From the IMG/VR virus record IMGVR_UViG_2100351000_000014: a DNA stretch of 64,000 nt. One strand, given 5' to 3'. Made by a program: the position numbers and the translations under genes. The stretch comes from a virus. The notes under the pieces were generated by a model. That model was not told the DNA's origin and searched no databases. It was given only the letters and a program-made list of their open reading frames with translations. Positions 47,873 through 58,139 of the stretch are shown piece by piece (within the stretch, counting starts at the first letter, position 1; each line of letters begins with the position of its first letter).

Positions 47873-48222
47873 TTTACCCTCCTTGCTCTTTCTTGCATGT
47901 ACTTTTGCCTACACGGCTTATGTATAAAAGTCACGCGACCCTGTGAACGATTCTGATAGAAGTTCTCGTCTTTGTCAAGTAGGCCGCACTTGTGACAAAA
48001 ATGATAACCAGCCGGATAGACCTTTTTTTTTGATACGTAAACCTTGGGCGGCGTGATTCTCCTAACTAGTGCAATCCCGCCAGCCTGTGGGTCTACGCCA
48101 CGCTTCTTGAGTATCTGCCTAACGCGCTCGCGGGTAATACTAAACTGCATACCGATGCTCGCAAGTGTATTCCCCTTGCCATACTCGACCTCAATAATTG
48201 CATTCCGTTCCTCAATATCCAA
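47869..48222 (-). CDS. HTH (sigma region 4-like) plus zinc-finger protein
   Basis: TLASIGMQFSITRERVRQIL; CHKC...HKPC. Confidence 0.65.
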   Translation of the reverse strand: MDIEERNAIIEVEYGKGNTLASIGMQFSITRERVRQILKKRGVDPQAGGIALVRRITPPKVYVSKKKVYPAGYHFCHKCGLLDKDENFYQNRSQGRVTFIHKPCRQKYMQERARRVK

Positions 48223-48633
48223 GATAACTAATCCTCCAGCCTTTCATCTAGTGTAAAATTATTCTTTATAATATTATCAATTTGATTATTGCAATCCTGG
48301 GCAAAATCTTCAAACCATCTCTTTTGCCACCTAAGGGCTTCGAGTATTTCCTGTTTGCTCATGTCCTCTTTACCCGCGAGTTGAGGAACATCAAATCCAG
48401 TAGCAGATAAAACTTGAGCATTAATACTATCCTTTAGTTTCAACTAGTCCTCCCCCAAAAAATTGTTGCGTTCCCTCATTTTTTGGAATAACGCACTAAT
48501 AATCGCGCCCCCAAGCAGGATAACCCCAAACCACCAATCAGAGTATTTTGCCATACCAGAAAAATGGAGTTGCATTAACACAGATATCACAATAAGATCG
48601 AACCAGTTAAATGTAGGCCTAAATAAAAACACA

Positions 48634-48915
48634 CTAATCCTCCCTTGCCACCTTAATTAGATCAATGACTTCCTGTTTTGTCACCCCGCTATCGATACGC
48701 CCCACTTCTTGCCCATCGTGCAACACTACCACAGTAGGGAGGCCACAGATATTATACTGTACGCCCATGTCCTCGCCGTCTGGGCCGGGCTTAGAAATAT
48801 CAACAAATCGGAGCGAGACGTTCATATCCTTACAAAGGGCGATGATATGCGGAGCCATGCCAGCGCAAACGCTACACCACGGGGCCTTAAAATAAAGCAC
48901 AGTTACATTATTCAT
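48634..48915 (-). CDS. thioredoxin family protein
   Basis: FKAPWCSVC, VDI, YNICGLPTVV. Confidence 0.85.
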   Translation of the reverse strand: MNNVTVLYFKAPWCSVCAGMAPHIIALCKDMNVSLRFVDISKPGPDGEDMGVQYNICGLPTVVVLHDGQEVGRIDSGVTKQEVIDLIKVARED

Positions 48916-48928
48916 TTCTGTTCACTCC

Positions 48929-49276
48929 TTACAATGTCCTATCGATAATATCGCCCATAAACTCACGACGCTGATATACAAGATCAAGATGCAATTTCTC
49001 AACCTCATTACGTAGTCGTATTACCTCTTTAGCGAGAATCGGGGCACCGGCGATAAGTACACCATTGTAACAGGCAGTACTAACTCCGCAGCGGGCTATA
49101 GCCTTTTCAGGAATACTAGCTATCCGATCCTCATCAAGCGAAGGGCCACAACAAATGGCCATTTTTTCGTGCCTATTCATGTCAAGTCCCGCACATTGAC
49201 GAAAATCCCATGGCCCCTCAGTCGCCTTCTCGCTTGCATCTAGTATCTTGTCTACGTCGGATTGAGTATAGTTCAT
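48929..49276 (-). CDS. Ead/Ea22-like hypothetical protein
   Basis: EKATEGPW...IAGAP..LAKEVIRLR. Confidence 0.55.
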   Translation of the reverse strand: MNYTQSDVDKILDASEKATEGPWDFRQCAGLDMNRHEKMAICCGPSLDEDRIASIPEKAIARCGVSTACYNGVLIAGAPILAKEVIRLRNEVEKLHLDLVYQRREFMGDIIDRTL

Positions 49277-49835
49277 TTACTTCTCCTCTATTTCGGCAAG
49301 TACGGAATCAAGAGCGGATATCGCATCAGCACTAGCAAGCTGCATCTTTTTACTATGCGCCTCCGCTTTTACTATTGCCTCTTTACACTTTTCTATAATT
49401 GCAACATCCCTAGCTATAATCATACCCTCTAGTTTATCTCTATCATATCCTCCTTTAACATTCATTTTATTTTCGATTTCAATAAAAAAATCATCCGCTG
49501 ATTTTAGTTTATACATAGTACCTCCTAGTCTTCTACGTCAAATCCATATTTATTAGCAATTGCTCTAAAAGCTAGCACAAAATTAGAACGGCCCCAATTA
49601 TTGTTATCATTCTCCATTCTGTCACTTGTATCACATATTTCACAAAGCATTGACATTGAAAGTACATTTTTAGATATAGGGCGCGGAGAGCTGATAAGGG
49701 TTAGAGCTTCCGTCGTATACTGTAATTCACCAGTAAGTGACATATGCCTCTCCCCCGATAAATCATCCCTATTAATTTGCAAAGCTTCCTTTATTTTCTC
49801 TACTTCTTCTTTTGTAAAAAATATTTGATCGGACA

Positions 49836-50234
49836 TTATACTTCTTCCTCTTTTAATGTTCCGCTATCGTCGCTAAAATATATCCTCTTCACTCCCGCTT
49901 CCTTCAACGCCATCATACAAATATCGCATGGCTTCGCGCATTTTGTCAAGCCACGTCGAGTAGACCTAACTACCATGATTGACTCTGCCTTAGTGCAACT
50001 TTTGACTAGCGCTCCGATTTCAGCATGAAGATATTCTCGGCACGGTCTACCCGCTTTTATCGCTAACCGCTTCTCCATCGGATGCGTCTTTACGTAGCTA
50101 TTTTGTGCGGTCGCTATTATATTGTTATGTTTGTCTAGCGTTGCGGCTATAACATAATAGCGTTTTGTCCCGTCCACCGACTCGCGTATCTCATCGGATA
50201 AACGGGAATAAATCTTTTCAAGGCGCATTTGCAA
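49836..50234 (-). CDS. cytidine/deoxycytidylate deaminase family protein
   Basis: LHAE and KPCDIC zinc motifs, GVKRIYFS. Confidence 0.85.
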   Translation of the reverse strand: MQMRLEKIYSRLSDEIRESVDGTKRYYVIAATLDKHNNIIATAQNSYVKTHPMEKRLAIKAGRPCREYLHAEIGALVKSCTKAESIMVVRSTRRGLTKCAKPCDICMMALKEAGVKRIYFSDDSGTLKEEEV

Positions 50235-50781
50235 CCCTACCGAAATAGGCTTCTATGGCTTCTCGCTCGTACCACTTGGGCTCTTTGTTATACATACCAT
50301 TAGAAAGATTGTCGTATTCGTTATAAATCCAATTAGGAACAAATGCGACATTAGAAATATTAAATCGCCATCCACGTGGAACGTATTGACCAACAAACCA
50401 AATGAGATCTCCAGCACTTTTCATACATCATCCTTTATTTTGTTCACTCTATTCCTTGTCACGCTTCTCACTCGGCATTGGAGTCCTCCTTTGGCAGTGT
50501 TATTCTAAATGCATGTCCATCGGTAACACTAAACAAATCACATTCGGCTTTTGTTAGAAGTTTGTATATATAGTAAAAATTGCCCATGTCTACTATATTA
50601 TCTTCACGATTAAAAACTATAACCGTATCCATAATATTAAGACTCATGATTCCTCCTTTGGTATCTCTACTATACGCGATAGCTGTGAATCAGTCAAGCG
50701 ATGGACAACTTTAGAAACCCTGTCATCAAAATAATCAGTAAATGATTTTTCTAGCTTCCGCCTTGCTTGGCTATTTTTTAG

Positions 50782-51021
50782 TTACACCCTTTTATCGTCT
50801 GTCAACAAATAGTACAAATGCGAACTATAACCATCATATCCCGGCTTATCTGTGCCAAGTTCCTTGCTGAAAGTTTTATGCATTTCTATCCGATATTTTT
50901 CATCGCCTATGAATGCTAGAGTTTTAGTTACCCTATCAATCTTTCCAGCATAACACATTGCCGAATCCATACCGCCAATATAGTACAGTTCGTCGCCTAC
51001 TTCTAGCTTATTGTCTTTCAT
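50782..51021 (-). CDS. hypothetical protein
   Basis: GGAGG RBS; follows a structured leader. Confidence 0.5.
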   Translation of the reverse strand: MKDNKLEVGDELYYIGGMDSAMCYAGKIDRVTKTLAFIGDEKYRIEMHKTFSKELGTDKPGYDGYSSHLYYLLTDDKRV

Positions 51022-51184
51022 AGATTACCCCTCCCCTGATGCTCTGATTAGCCGGTTACGTTATCCGGCGACTTGCCGATCTATGCCTTTCGACTCCCGA
51101 TCAAGCCCGTGCAAACTTGATACCCTAAGTATATCTCGCATTGTATGATTGTGTCAAGAGAAAAAGAAAAGATTTTTAGACTAC

Positions 51185-51421
51185 TTAAGCCCCTATATAA
51201 AATACTTTCCCTTTAGGCTTGCCAGTCTGTCTTGACCTGGCCGACTCCGCGAGCTTAGAACCCGAGCCCGTCCTGCTTGCCCACCTTAGCATCTCGCGGC
51301 ATATCCATCCTATATCCTGCTTCTCTTCGCAGGCCATTTCATCCCTAAGCCCTGTTCCTCTAAAAAGCCTAGCGTCGTATTTATTACCGATATGGGTAAC
51401 TTTTATATTATAATCTTCCAT
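51185..51421 (-). CDS. hypothetical protein
   Basis: GGAGG RBS. Confidence 0.5.
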   Translation of the reverse strand: MEDYNIKVTHIGNKYDARLFRGTGLRDEMACEEKQDIGWICREMLRWASRTGSGSKLAESARSRQTGKPKGKVFYIGA

Positions 51422-51824
51422 GCAATCCTCCTAGTTAGCGCACCATTATACTATACTTATGCCTTAACAAACCTTTTCCGTTGTGCCTTAGTCCATCCAT
51501 TCCAGGTCTCTTCGTCAACGTCATTGCATCTATGATTCCCAAACTCATCACTAGCAAGTTCAGGAAAAGTTGCCGCTAAGTCTCTGTACCTCTGATTCAT
51601 TTATTCCCTCCTTTATTCGTCATCCACCACGCAATAGCTTCCAGCTCGTCGGCGGTATATCTCACATTGTGATGCGGGTAAAACCCATCCCATCCGGGCT
51701 CCCAGCAATTATGAATAGCGTTATTCCCATCTATCCAATCATTGCCTATTATCTCTCTAGCCTTTGTCTCATCCATGATTACCTCCTTGAATTAAAAGGC
51801 CCTCGCAATGAGGGCCAATGTCTA

Positions 51825-52394
51825 TCAATGGGCTTTCATGTACTGGTCATAGAAAAACTTGATACCGTCTTTGGGATTGTCGAAGACGTGAATATCTGTA
51901 CTATCAACCTCTATATCATCGAGAGCTCCCTGCCCGGTATCGCAAGAGCTTCCCAATGTCCTTTCTGTGGCATTCTTTTCACTAAAGTTATGCCAACCAA
52001 AATAGTCGTCTATGTCTTTCCCGCACAAAAGATAGGGCTGTTTTTCAATAATAGCTACATAAATCTTGTTATCATCATATACAAGACCATCCCCTCGCTC
52101 TATGATCTCCCTAAGTTTCGCGGCCTCTCCTTCCAGCGCATCGAGCCTCTTGATTGCCTCTTCTTTGTCCATTCCCTTAGCCTCCTTTGATTTCAGAAAA
52201 TCCTCGAAAAACTTACGGCCCTTTGAATCAAGGACACCGCCCGAAAGAGAAGGAGCCATTTTATTAAGTCTTCTGGCAAGGCACTCTCTATCGCGACAAG
52301 CCGGGCAATGATCATTACCATTACACATTTCGCAATGAACTTCATTGCAATGTCCTTGCTCCAAAATCTTCCTAGCGGTCTCTACTTCTGTCAT
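51825..52394 (-). CDS. hypothetical protein with Cys-rich N-terminus
   Basis: C..V.C..C...CP; GGAGG RBS. Confidence 0.55.
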   Translation of the reverse strand: MTEVETARKILEQGHCNEVHCEMCNGNDHCPACRDRECLARRLNKMAPSLSGGVLDSKGRKFFEDFLKSKEAKGMDKEEAIKRLDALEGEAAKLREIIERGDGLVYDDNKIYVAIIEKQPYLLCGKDIDDYFGWHNFSEKNATERTLGSSCDTGQGALDDIEVDSTDIHVFDNPKDGIKFFYDQYMKAH

Positions 52395-52560
52395 TAAAGC
52401 CTCCTATCCTTAAAACTTACCCATAGCATAGGCACAAAATAGAATCAAGTCAAGTAGGATAACAAATAAAAATGCGTATTGTTTTTACCAGGATGGCACA
52501 ATACGCAAAGCCTTGATAGCCGTTTTTGCAAGGTGTCCGTCATCCTTGATATATCAAAAA

Positions 52561-52833
52561 TTAACTTCCCTCTGTAAGGTCTGGCTCATATTTATCGGGC
52601 TTGGGCCGTCTTTTCTTCTTGCCGCAATCAATCGTAGGATTGCACCCAAGTTTGCACATTGCCAGTCTTGACGGTTCATTGTCGCCAGTATGTACCTCTA
52701 TATTCGTGCTATGAACACAACCGCACAAATTAGAAAAGCGTATAGTATCTATCCCGTCGCATTGAGCTAATACTAAGCCTCCTTTCTTCATATCGCTAAT
52801 AATGTCAAAAGCATTGAAGCCGGTATACTTCAT
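52561..52833 (-). CDS. hypothetical protein
   Basis: coupled ORF. Confidence 0.5.
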   Translation of the reverse strand: MKYTGFNAFDIISDMKKGGLVLAQCDGIDTIRFSNLCGCVHSTNIEVHTGDNEPSRLAMCKLGCNPTIDCGKKKRRPKPDKYEPDLTEGS

Positions 52834-53534
52834 ATATCACCTATACTTTTATTTGTAGTTGCTATGATCTTTTTAGTTGCCATATTCTTATACATTTCTC
52901 CCAACTTTATCTTCCTAGTTTGATAATCCATTCCTAGCTTTATCATAGTTGAGTTATCACTCTCCAGCATCGTCACCGCATCTAGTTGCTCTTCCGTAGC
53001 ATTATCCCTGGCGGTTCCTTCCCTAACTCCAAATACTATTTCATTAATCATTAGAGCCTCATTCGAGAAGTGATAGCCCATAGCAGGATCATGCGCATCG
53101 TTGACAGCATCGCACAAGACCTTGTATCCATTGGCCGCGAGGATACGCTTTAGATTCCAGTCTTGTTTTCGTTGAGTGCCATTTATATAGGCCTGGTATA
53201 CTTTTATTTTGAACTCTACCGATAGCCATGCCGCAAAGTCCATAGCAATAAGTTCGTGCGCGAATGTACCACCATTCCTTCCCCTGGTCTTTTTTATTAC
53301 CTCACATCCGAGGTATTCAGATACAGCTTCAATTATCTCTTTTGCAGACTCAAGACGCATCCAGTTATCTAGCCTTTTCCCCGGGAAGAATGAATTAAGA
53401 TCATTAAGACATATAAAATTATCATTACAATGGATAACCCCAGCTACCCCACGATACTCTGTCTGTAGTTCTAGTGCCCTTTTCAGTTCCATGTTATACC
53501 ACCTACTAATAAAAATGCGCCCCATACGGGACAC
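52830..53534 (-). CDS. KilA-N domain DNA-binding protein
   Basis: FICLNDL...WMRLES...RGRNGGTFAHELIAMDFAAWLSVEFKIKV. Confidence 0.9.
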   Translation of the reverse strand: MSRMGRIFISRWYNMELKRALELQTEYRGVAGVIHCNDNFICLNDLNSFFPGKRLDNWMRLESAKEIIEAVSEYLGCEVIKKTRGRNGGTFAHELIAMDFAAWLSVEFKIKVYQAYINGTQRKQDWNLKRILAANGYKVLCDAVNDAHDPAMGYHFSNEALMINEIVFGVREGTARDNATEEQLDAVTMLESDNSTMIKLGMDYQTRKIKLGEMYKNMATKKIIATTNKSIGDI

Positions 53535-53585
53535 ATATAATATATATAAACTATACTAATTAGTAAATAGATTAATAGGGAGATA

Positions 53586-55001
53586 TTACCATACCTCGAA
53601 CTTGTTAACTAGACACTTCTCGCATAGCCCAGTTGCCGCGTCGAAAATATCATCGTGAAGCATCTTCCTAGTTCTGCTCGCATTCCTAAACTCTGCATAA
53701 ACTTGAGGCCATCTATCCTTCCATCCTTCGGGCCATATCAAACAATTAGTAACATTCGCGGAATTGGTTAAAATCCTAGACATTTTGTTAGCGGTTTGTG
53801 TAAACCATTCAACGTATGTATGAGGGTTCCCGTTCTCTCTCATTATCCGTTCGATAGCCCTAGCGAAGCTACGACCACCCGAATTTGATTCCACATAGAC
53901 TTTCGTTGTATTATTATCTGTTAGCATTTTTGCCGTTTGTGGCTCTGTTATTTCCATGGGGTCTTGAGTAAAAAGAACATCCAGAACGTCTAGAACTCCA
54001 TGATGGGCCCCTACCACAATAGCAGCTAGATAATCCTTCCCCTCATCCGCCGTATCAATGTACGCCTCGATTCTATCATACTTCTCTTGCCTATCGTGAT
54101 ATGTCTTGAACTCGCCATATAGTTTATCTTTGGCTTCCATCGGCTCTTGGTCATAGTTGGATGAAAATATGATCGGGTCGGTTCCTGGGGAGTTCTTTCT
54201 TTTCATGTAAGTCTTGTAGTCAAGTATGTCCTCGCAAAGCATCTTACCATCTTTACAAGCTGGCATTTTTATTACATGCCAATCGTCAGGGGCAGAGTTA
54301 ATTAGCTTCCCACAAAGATCGTTTACATTCCACCTAGTCATAACAACTAGTTCTTTCGCTCCCGTCTCAAGTCTGCTAGAGTAAGTATTATTGTAAAAGT
54401 CCCAATGCTCCTCTAGTATCCTATCATTGTAAGCTTCTTTCGCGTCTCTCACCAAGTCGTCAATAATTCCCCACTTACAGCCAACCCCGGTCATCGTTCC
54501 AGTCGGCGAAGTAGCCAGGAATGAAAATGGCGAGCCCTCGAGCGACCACATCTGGTAACTAGCATCGCCGTACTTTATCTTTGTGTTAGGGAATATGTCG
54601 CTATAAACTATTCTTCCAGAATCGGCCTTTATCTCCTGGATACCATCGCGAACGGTCTTTGCAGAGCGGCCCGAAAGAGTCTCATTGTAGCAAGCTCGGA
54701 TTATACTAGTTCGAGGGTCATGTCCAAAAAGCCATTGAGAGAACATATCAACTGTTAAAGTTTTTCCGTGACGGGGAGCCAAATTTATCATTAGCTTCTG
54801 TATCGGTTGCCCATCTTTATCTAGTATCTTGTCCTCTGCAAAATCTTGTAATGTATGGCATAGAGTATATAGATGGGTACGATGCGGAAGGTAAAAGCGT
54901 GGCTTAAGCATAACACAAAATGAATAGAAGTCATTTCGTGCTATCTCCGCCAAGTCTGCATTAGTTATAGTTGGTTCATTTTCTGTCAAGAGATTCTGCA
55001 T
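53586..55001 (-). CDS. terL: terminase large subunit
   Basis: MINLAPRHGKT Walker A, GIIDDLVRD Walker B, VVMTRW, YIDTADEGKDY, HDDIFDA nuclease motifs. Confidence 0.95.
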   Translation of the reverse strand: MQNLLTENEPTITNADLAEIARNDFYSFCVMLKPRFYLPHRTHLYTLCHTLQDFAEDKILDKDGQPIQKLMINLAPRHGKTLTVDMFSQWLFGHDPRTSIIRACYNETLSGRSAKTVRDGIQEIKADSGRIVYSDIFPNTKIKYGDASYQMWSLEGSPFSFLATSPTGTMTGVGCKWGIIDDLVRDAKEAYNDRILEEHWDFYNNTYSSRLETGAKELVVMTRWNVNDLCGKLINSAPDDWHVIKMPACKDGKMLCEDILDYKTYMKRKNSPGTDPIIFSSNYDQEPMEAKDKLYGEFKTYHDRQEKYDRIEAYIDTADEGKDYLAAIVVGAHHGVLDVLDVLFTQDPMEITEPQTAKMLTDNNTTKVYVESNSGGRSFARAIERIMRENGNPHTYVEWFTQTANKMSRILTNSANVTNCLIWPEGWKDRWPQVYAEFRNASRTRKMLHDDIFDAATGLCEKCLVNKFEVW

Positions 55002-55503
55002 ATGCTTGTGCCAGTTCCGCCTTAGTAGTTGCGCTCAATTTAGTAGCATCTACCATTGGAGTAGCCCCTACACTTCCAGCTAGTTCAACCTTATCAATAA
55101 ACAAGGCTGAATACTTTCCCAGAAGCTCTAGCGCCTTTATCCTATCTTTCCTATTTACACCTATCGCATTCCCTTCCTTGTCCCTTAAAACGTCACTTCC
55201 CTTAATATCATCCATGGCAATCTTGGCTAGCTCATCTAGCACCCTCGCCCGTATCTCTTCCTTTTGAGCATCCTCACGAGCTACCAGAATACGATCAATT
55301 TCGGCCCTTACCTTAGGATAGCTTAAAAGTAACGACCCTTGTACGCACGCGGAATCGGGGTTATCGCTATATCCCGCTCTTATAGCAGCTTGTTTTGAAT
55401 TAAAGTCAATTACATACTCCCTACAGAAAGCGAGCTGTCTATCGTTCAATTTAGGGCCTTCTAGCCCATCTTCATTCTCTTCTGTTTTTACTTCACTACC
55501 CAT
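54976..55503 (-). CDS. terS: terminase small subunit
   Basis: LNDRQLAFCREYVIDFNSKQAAIRAGYS...DRIKALELLGK. Confidence 0.95.
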   Translation of the reverse strand: MGSEVKTEENEDGLEGPKLNDRQLAFCREYVIDFNSKQAAIRAGYSDNPDSACVQGSLLLSYPKVRAEIDRILVAREDAQKEEIRARVLDELAKIAMDDIKGSDVLRDKEGNAIGVNRKDRIKALELLGKYSALFIDKVELAGSVGATPMVDATKLSATTKAELAQAYAESLDRK

Positions 55504-55504
55504 C

Positions 55505-55915
55505 TTATTGTCCCCTTATCGTTATTTTCTTACCGTATTTATTATTCCAATCTACACATTCCCTTTCATCGTGACCACAATACCCGATGGCCTTTTCATA
55601 TCCCCATGCTATTGCATTGTCGGAAAAAAATATTCCATTATCTCTGGCAATTTCTATACCCTTATTCCAACATTCTATTTCCTTTATTAAGGTATTAAAA
55701 TCCCATTTTACTATAAAATCCCACCCAATGACGTAATGACCTATTTCATGGAAAATAGAAATAAGTTTATATTCTTCATTGTCATATTTACCAATATAAA
55801 TATCTAATCCGGTACACCATGAGTCGTTGCTTATAGTATCATCATCATTGAAAACAAAACCATATTTCTTAAATAAATCATCTTTTATATGACTAATTTT
55901 TACTTCGTCGCTCAT
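55505..55915 (-). CDS. HEXXH-motif putative metallopeptidase (ImmA/IrrE-like)
   Basis: ISIFHEIGH...EIECW. Confidence 0.5.
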   Translation of the reverse strand: MSDEVKISHIKDDLFKKYGFVFNDDDTISNDSWCTGLDIYIGKYDNEEYKLISIFHEIGHYVIGWDFIVKWDFNTLIKEIECWNKGIEIARDNGIFFSDNAIAWGYEKAIGYCGHDERECVDWNNKYGKKITIRGQ

Positions 55916-55917
55916 AA

Positions 55918-56211
55918 TTAGCTCCCTATTAGCTCATACTTTTTATTAAAAACATCAGGCTTGCAAGGATAAAACTCACCACGTATGCCCTTGATAATAT
56001 AATCTCCTACGATACCGATCATAACTCCCTCAAGAGTATATACCTGTACATAACGCCCAGTAGGATTATCGCTAGTCGGTTCCGCTACAGGGCTATCAAT
56101 AACTTTACCATTAGACCACCCCCTAATAGTTTCACCATTAAACCCATCATAAAGAAAGGCTTCTATCTGGCACGGCTTAGTCTTGTAAAACCCTGCTTTT
56201 TTAGCGCTCAT
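55918..56211 (-). CDS. conserved small phage protein
   Basis: KTKP..IEA...TLEG...GDYIIKGIRGEFYPCKPDVF..KYE family motif. Confidence 0.75.
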   Translation of the reverse strand: MSAKKAGFYKTKPCQIEAFLYDGFNGETIRGWSNGKVIDSPVAEPTSDNPTGRYVQVYTLEGVMIGIVGDYIIKGIRGEFYPCKPDVFNKKYELIGS

Positions 56212-56215
56212 ATCG

Positions 56216-56506
56216 TTATTCCTTTACATTGCCATTAAGTTTGTCATAAAGCTTCTTTGAAGTATCCCAATAATGTCTTTCTGAAATACCTAATTGAATG
56301 AAATTAAAAATAACTAATCCTATTGCGATAATCACGCCGCAAAGACAAAGTAGCTTGTTTTTAGATATGCAAGCACAAATACCAAATGCGCTTAATGATA
56401 ATGGATTAACGAAAATACAAATAATAGTCCACATTCTATTATAAACCTGCGAACTCCAATTAGGTTCATATTGCGCATCATAAGGTTCAAATAGCCATCT
56501 AAACAT
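56216..56506 (-). CDS. two-TM membrane protein
   Basis: two hydrophobic segments. Confidence 0.5.
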   Translation of the reverse strand: MFRWLFEPYDAQYEPNWSSQVYNRMWTIICIFVNPLSLSAFGICACISKNKLLCLCGVIIAIGLVIFNFIQLGISERHYWDTSKKLYDKLNGNVKE

Positions 56507-56659
56507 ATTATAATTACTCCCTTATAACCTTACTATTCCCGCACTTCGGGCACTTATAGGTCTTGTAAACGTGCTTTGCGTCTTGACTGCTACCAATGTA
56601 TTCTAGTATCGCGCCGCAATTACAAGCTAACTCGTTAAATGGTTCAACCTTCTCTTCTA

Positions 56660-56939
56660 CGGCCTTAGTTACCTTTGACATAATTAACTCCTTTTATTTC
56701 AAATATAGGTTTTCCTTGCCCCTCTTCACGGGGAAGCCAATATTTAACATCATCGCAAAAAAGCCATGCCTTCCATAAAAACAATCTGAATAATATGCCC
56801 CATCTGGCTTGCCGTATGTATCGCTAACATCTTCTAGGCTATAAAACCCATCATACACCTTATTGAATACGTCAAAATAATACCAAACTGGTTGATCTTG
56901 CTTAGGCTTGGATACCTTTATGTCTTGCCAATTAGACAT
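56660..56939 (-). CDS. DUF551-like protein (1-nt deletion in the T6 run at 56757-56762)
   Basis: WQDIKVSKPK.DQPV...; shifted frame gives CDDVKYWLP. Confidence 0.5.
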
Positions 56940-57327
56940 TATCGTAAAACCTCTTAGCTATGATAGCTAGATTTACTCCTATGTCATGCGGAGCATCATT
57001 ACAATAATCGTGTACATACTTCGATAACTCTATAGCTAACTCGACATTAAACTCGGGAACGTGGGTGTTTATCTTATTCCATTCGTTACCGTCAGTAACA
57101 GACTTTATACTCTTTAGCATTCCGGCTTCTATTTTAGCCACAAACTCTATACCGTCATAAAAATATAACTCTCCTGTATAAAGAGAATGATAATCAAATA
57201 CCCCATTGCTATCAATATGGTAAACCGACAATCCACAATCGAGGTCTTTCGTCTGCCAATTGTGCCTACCATGGCAAGAATCAGGAAGCCATTTATCGTC
57301 TATCTCGATATTATCAAAGCAACCCAT
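56932..57327 (-). CDS. hypothetical protein
   Basis: MGCFDNI...WQTKDLDCGLSVY motif. Confidence 0.6.
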   Translation of the reverse strand: MGCFDNIEIDDKWLPDSCHGRHNWQTKDLDCGLSVYHIDSNGVFDYHSLYTGELYFYDGIEFVAKIEAGMLKSIKSVTDGNEWNKINTHVPEFNVELAIELSKYVHDYCNDAPHDIGVNLAIIAKRFYDNV

Positions 57328-57333
57328 AAATTA

Positions 57334-57708
57334 CTACTCCTTGGGCGGTTCAGGCAAAGGCATCCAATAAGTAGCATTCCGCCCTATTCTGGCATTAGTT
57401 ACATCCATATATATACTAACGCAATCATTCATTTGTGGACATATATAGTTAACACCTAAAAAATATCCCCCCTTACTTCCAGCGCACAAAACCAATTTCC
57501 CTTCATCTGGTACTTTATCCTTAACGCTTATCCACTCCCCGTATTTAGGATGTCGCATCTCTTTTACTTCCTCAAGACCGCGCATAATCGAAGCGGCAGC
57601 CTTTGACCTATATTGCTCGCATTCCGTCAAATTATATTCCGTAAAGTAGCATTGAGTCGGCCCACTCTCACAATTAGAACAGATATTCTTGAACATGTTT
57701 AGCCTCAT
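57334..57708 (-). CDS. DUF551 domain protein
   Basis: EWISVKDKVP...VL...TYWMPLPEPP. Confidence 0.8.
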   Translation of the reverse strand: MRLNMFKNICSNCESGPTQCYFTEYNLTECEQYRSKAAASIMRGLEEVKEMRHPKYGEWISVKDKVPDEGKLVLCAGSKGGYFLGVNYICPQMNDCVSIYMDVTNARIGRNATYWMPLPEPPKE

Positions 57709-58139
57709 TTGCCATGATCTTGTCTATATGCTCATTGTAGGTCTTTGCCCATTCGGCTCGCTCTTCCTTGCTCATACCCTGCTTAATATAGATTATACCT
57801 AGGGCCTCAAGCCGTGATTCTTCAATCATTCAATCTCGCCCACTTTATCAATGTATTCACTATTCTTACTAAAAGTAATGGCCTCGATCATATCATCTTT
57901 ATCGGTCTTAAAATCAGAGTAGATAAACCCCATTCGCTCCATGAGCTTAAACAAATTGCGCCACAAAAACCTCTCATACAGATTAAGGCTCTTTTCTTTT
58001 GCCATCACAGCCTCCCTTGACTATCTCTAGCGCCTTCCTAAGCCCTTTTATCTTACCATTCCAGTATTCTATATTCCTATCGCTAAACTCGTACTTTTCT
58101 ACGCTGCTAATCTCTTCCTCTATTTGAGATATGATAGTA

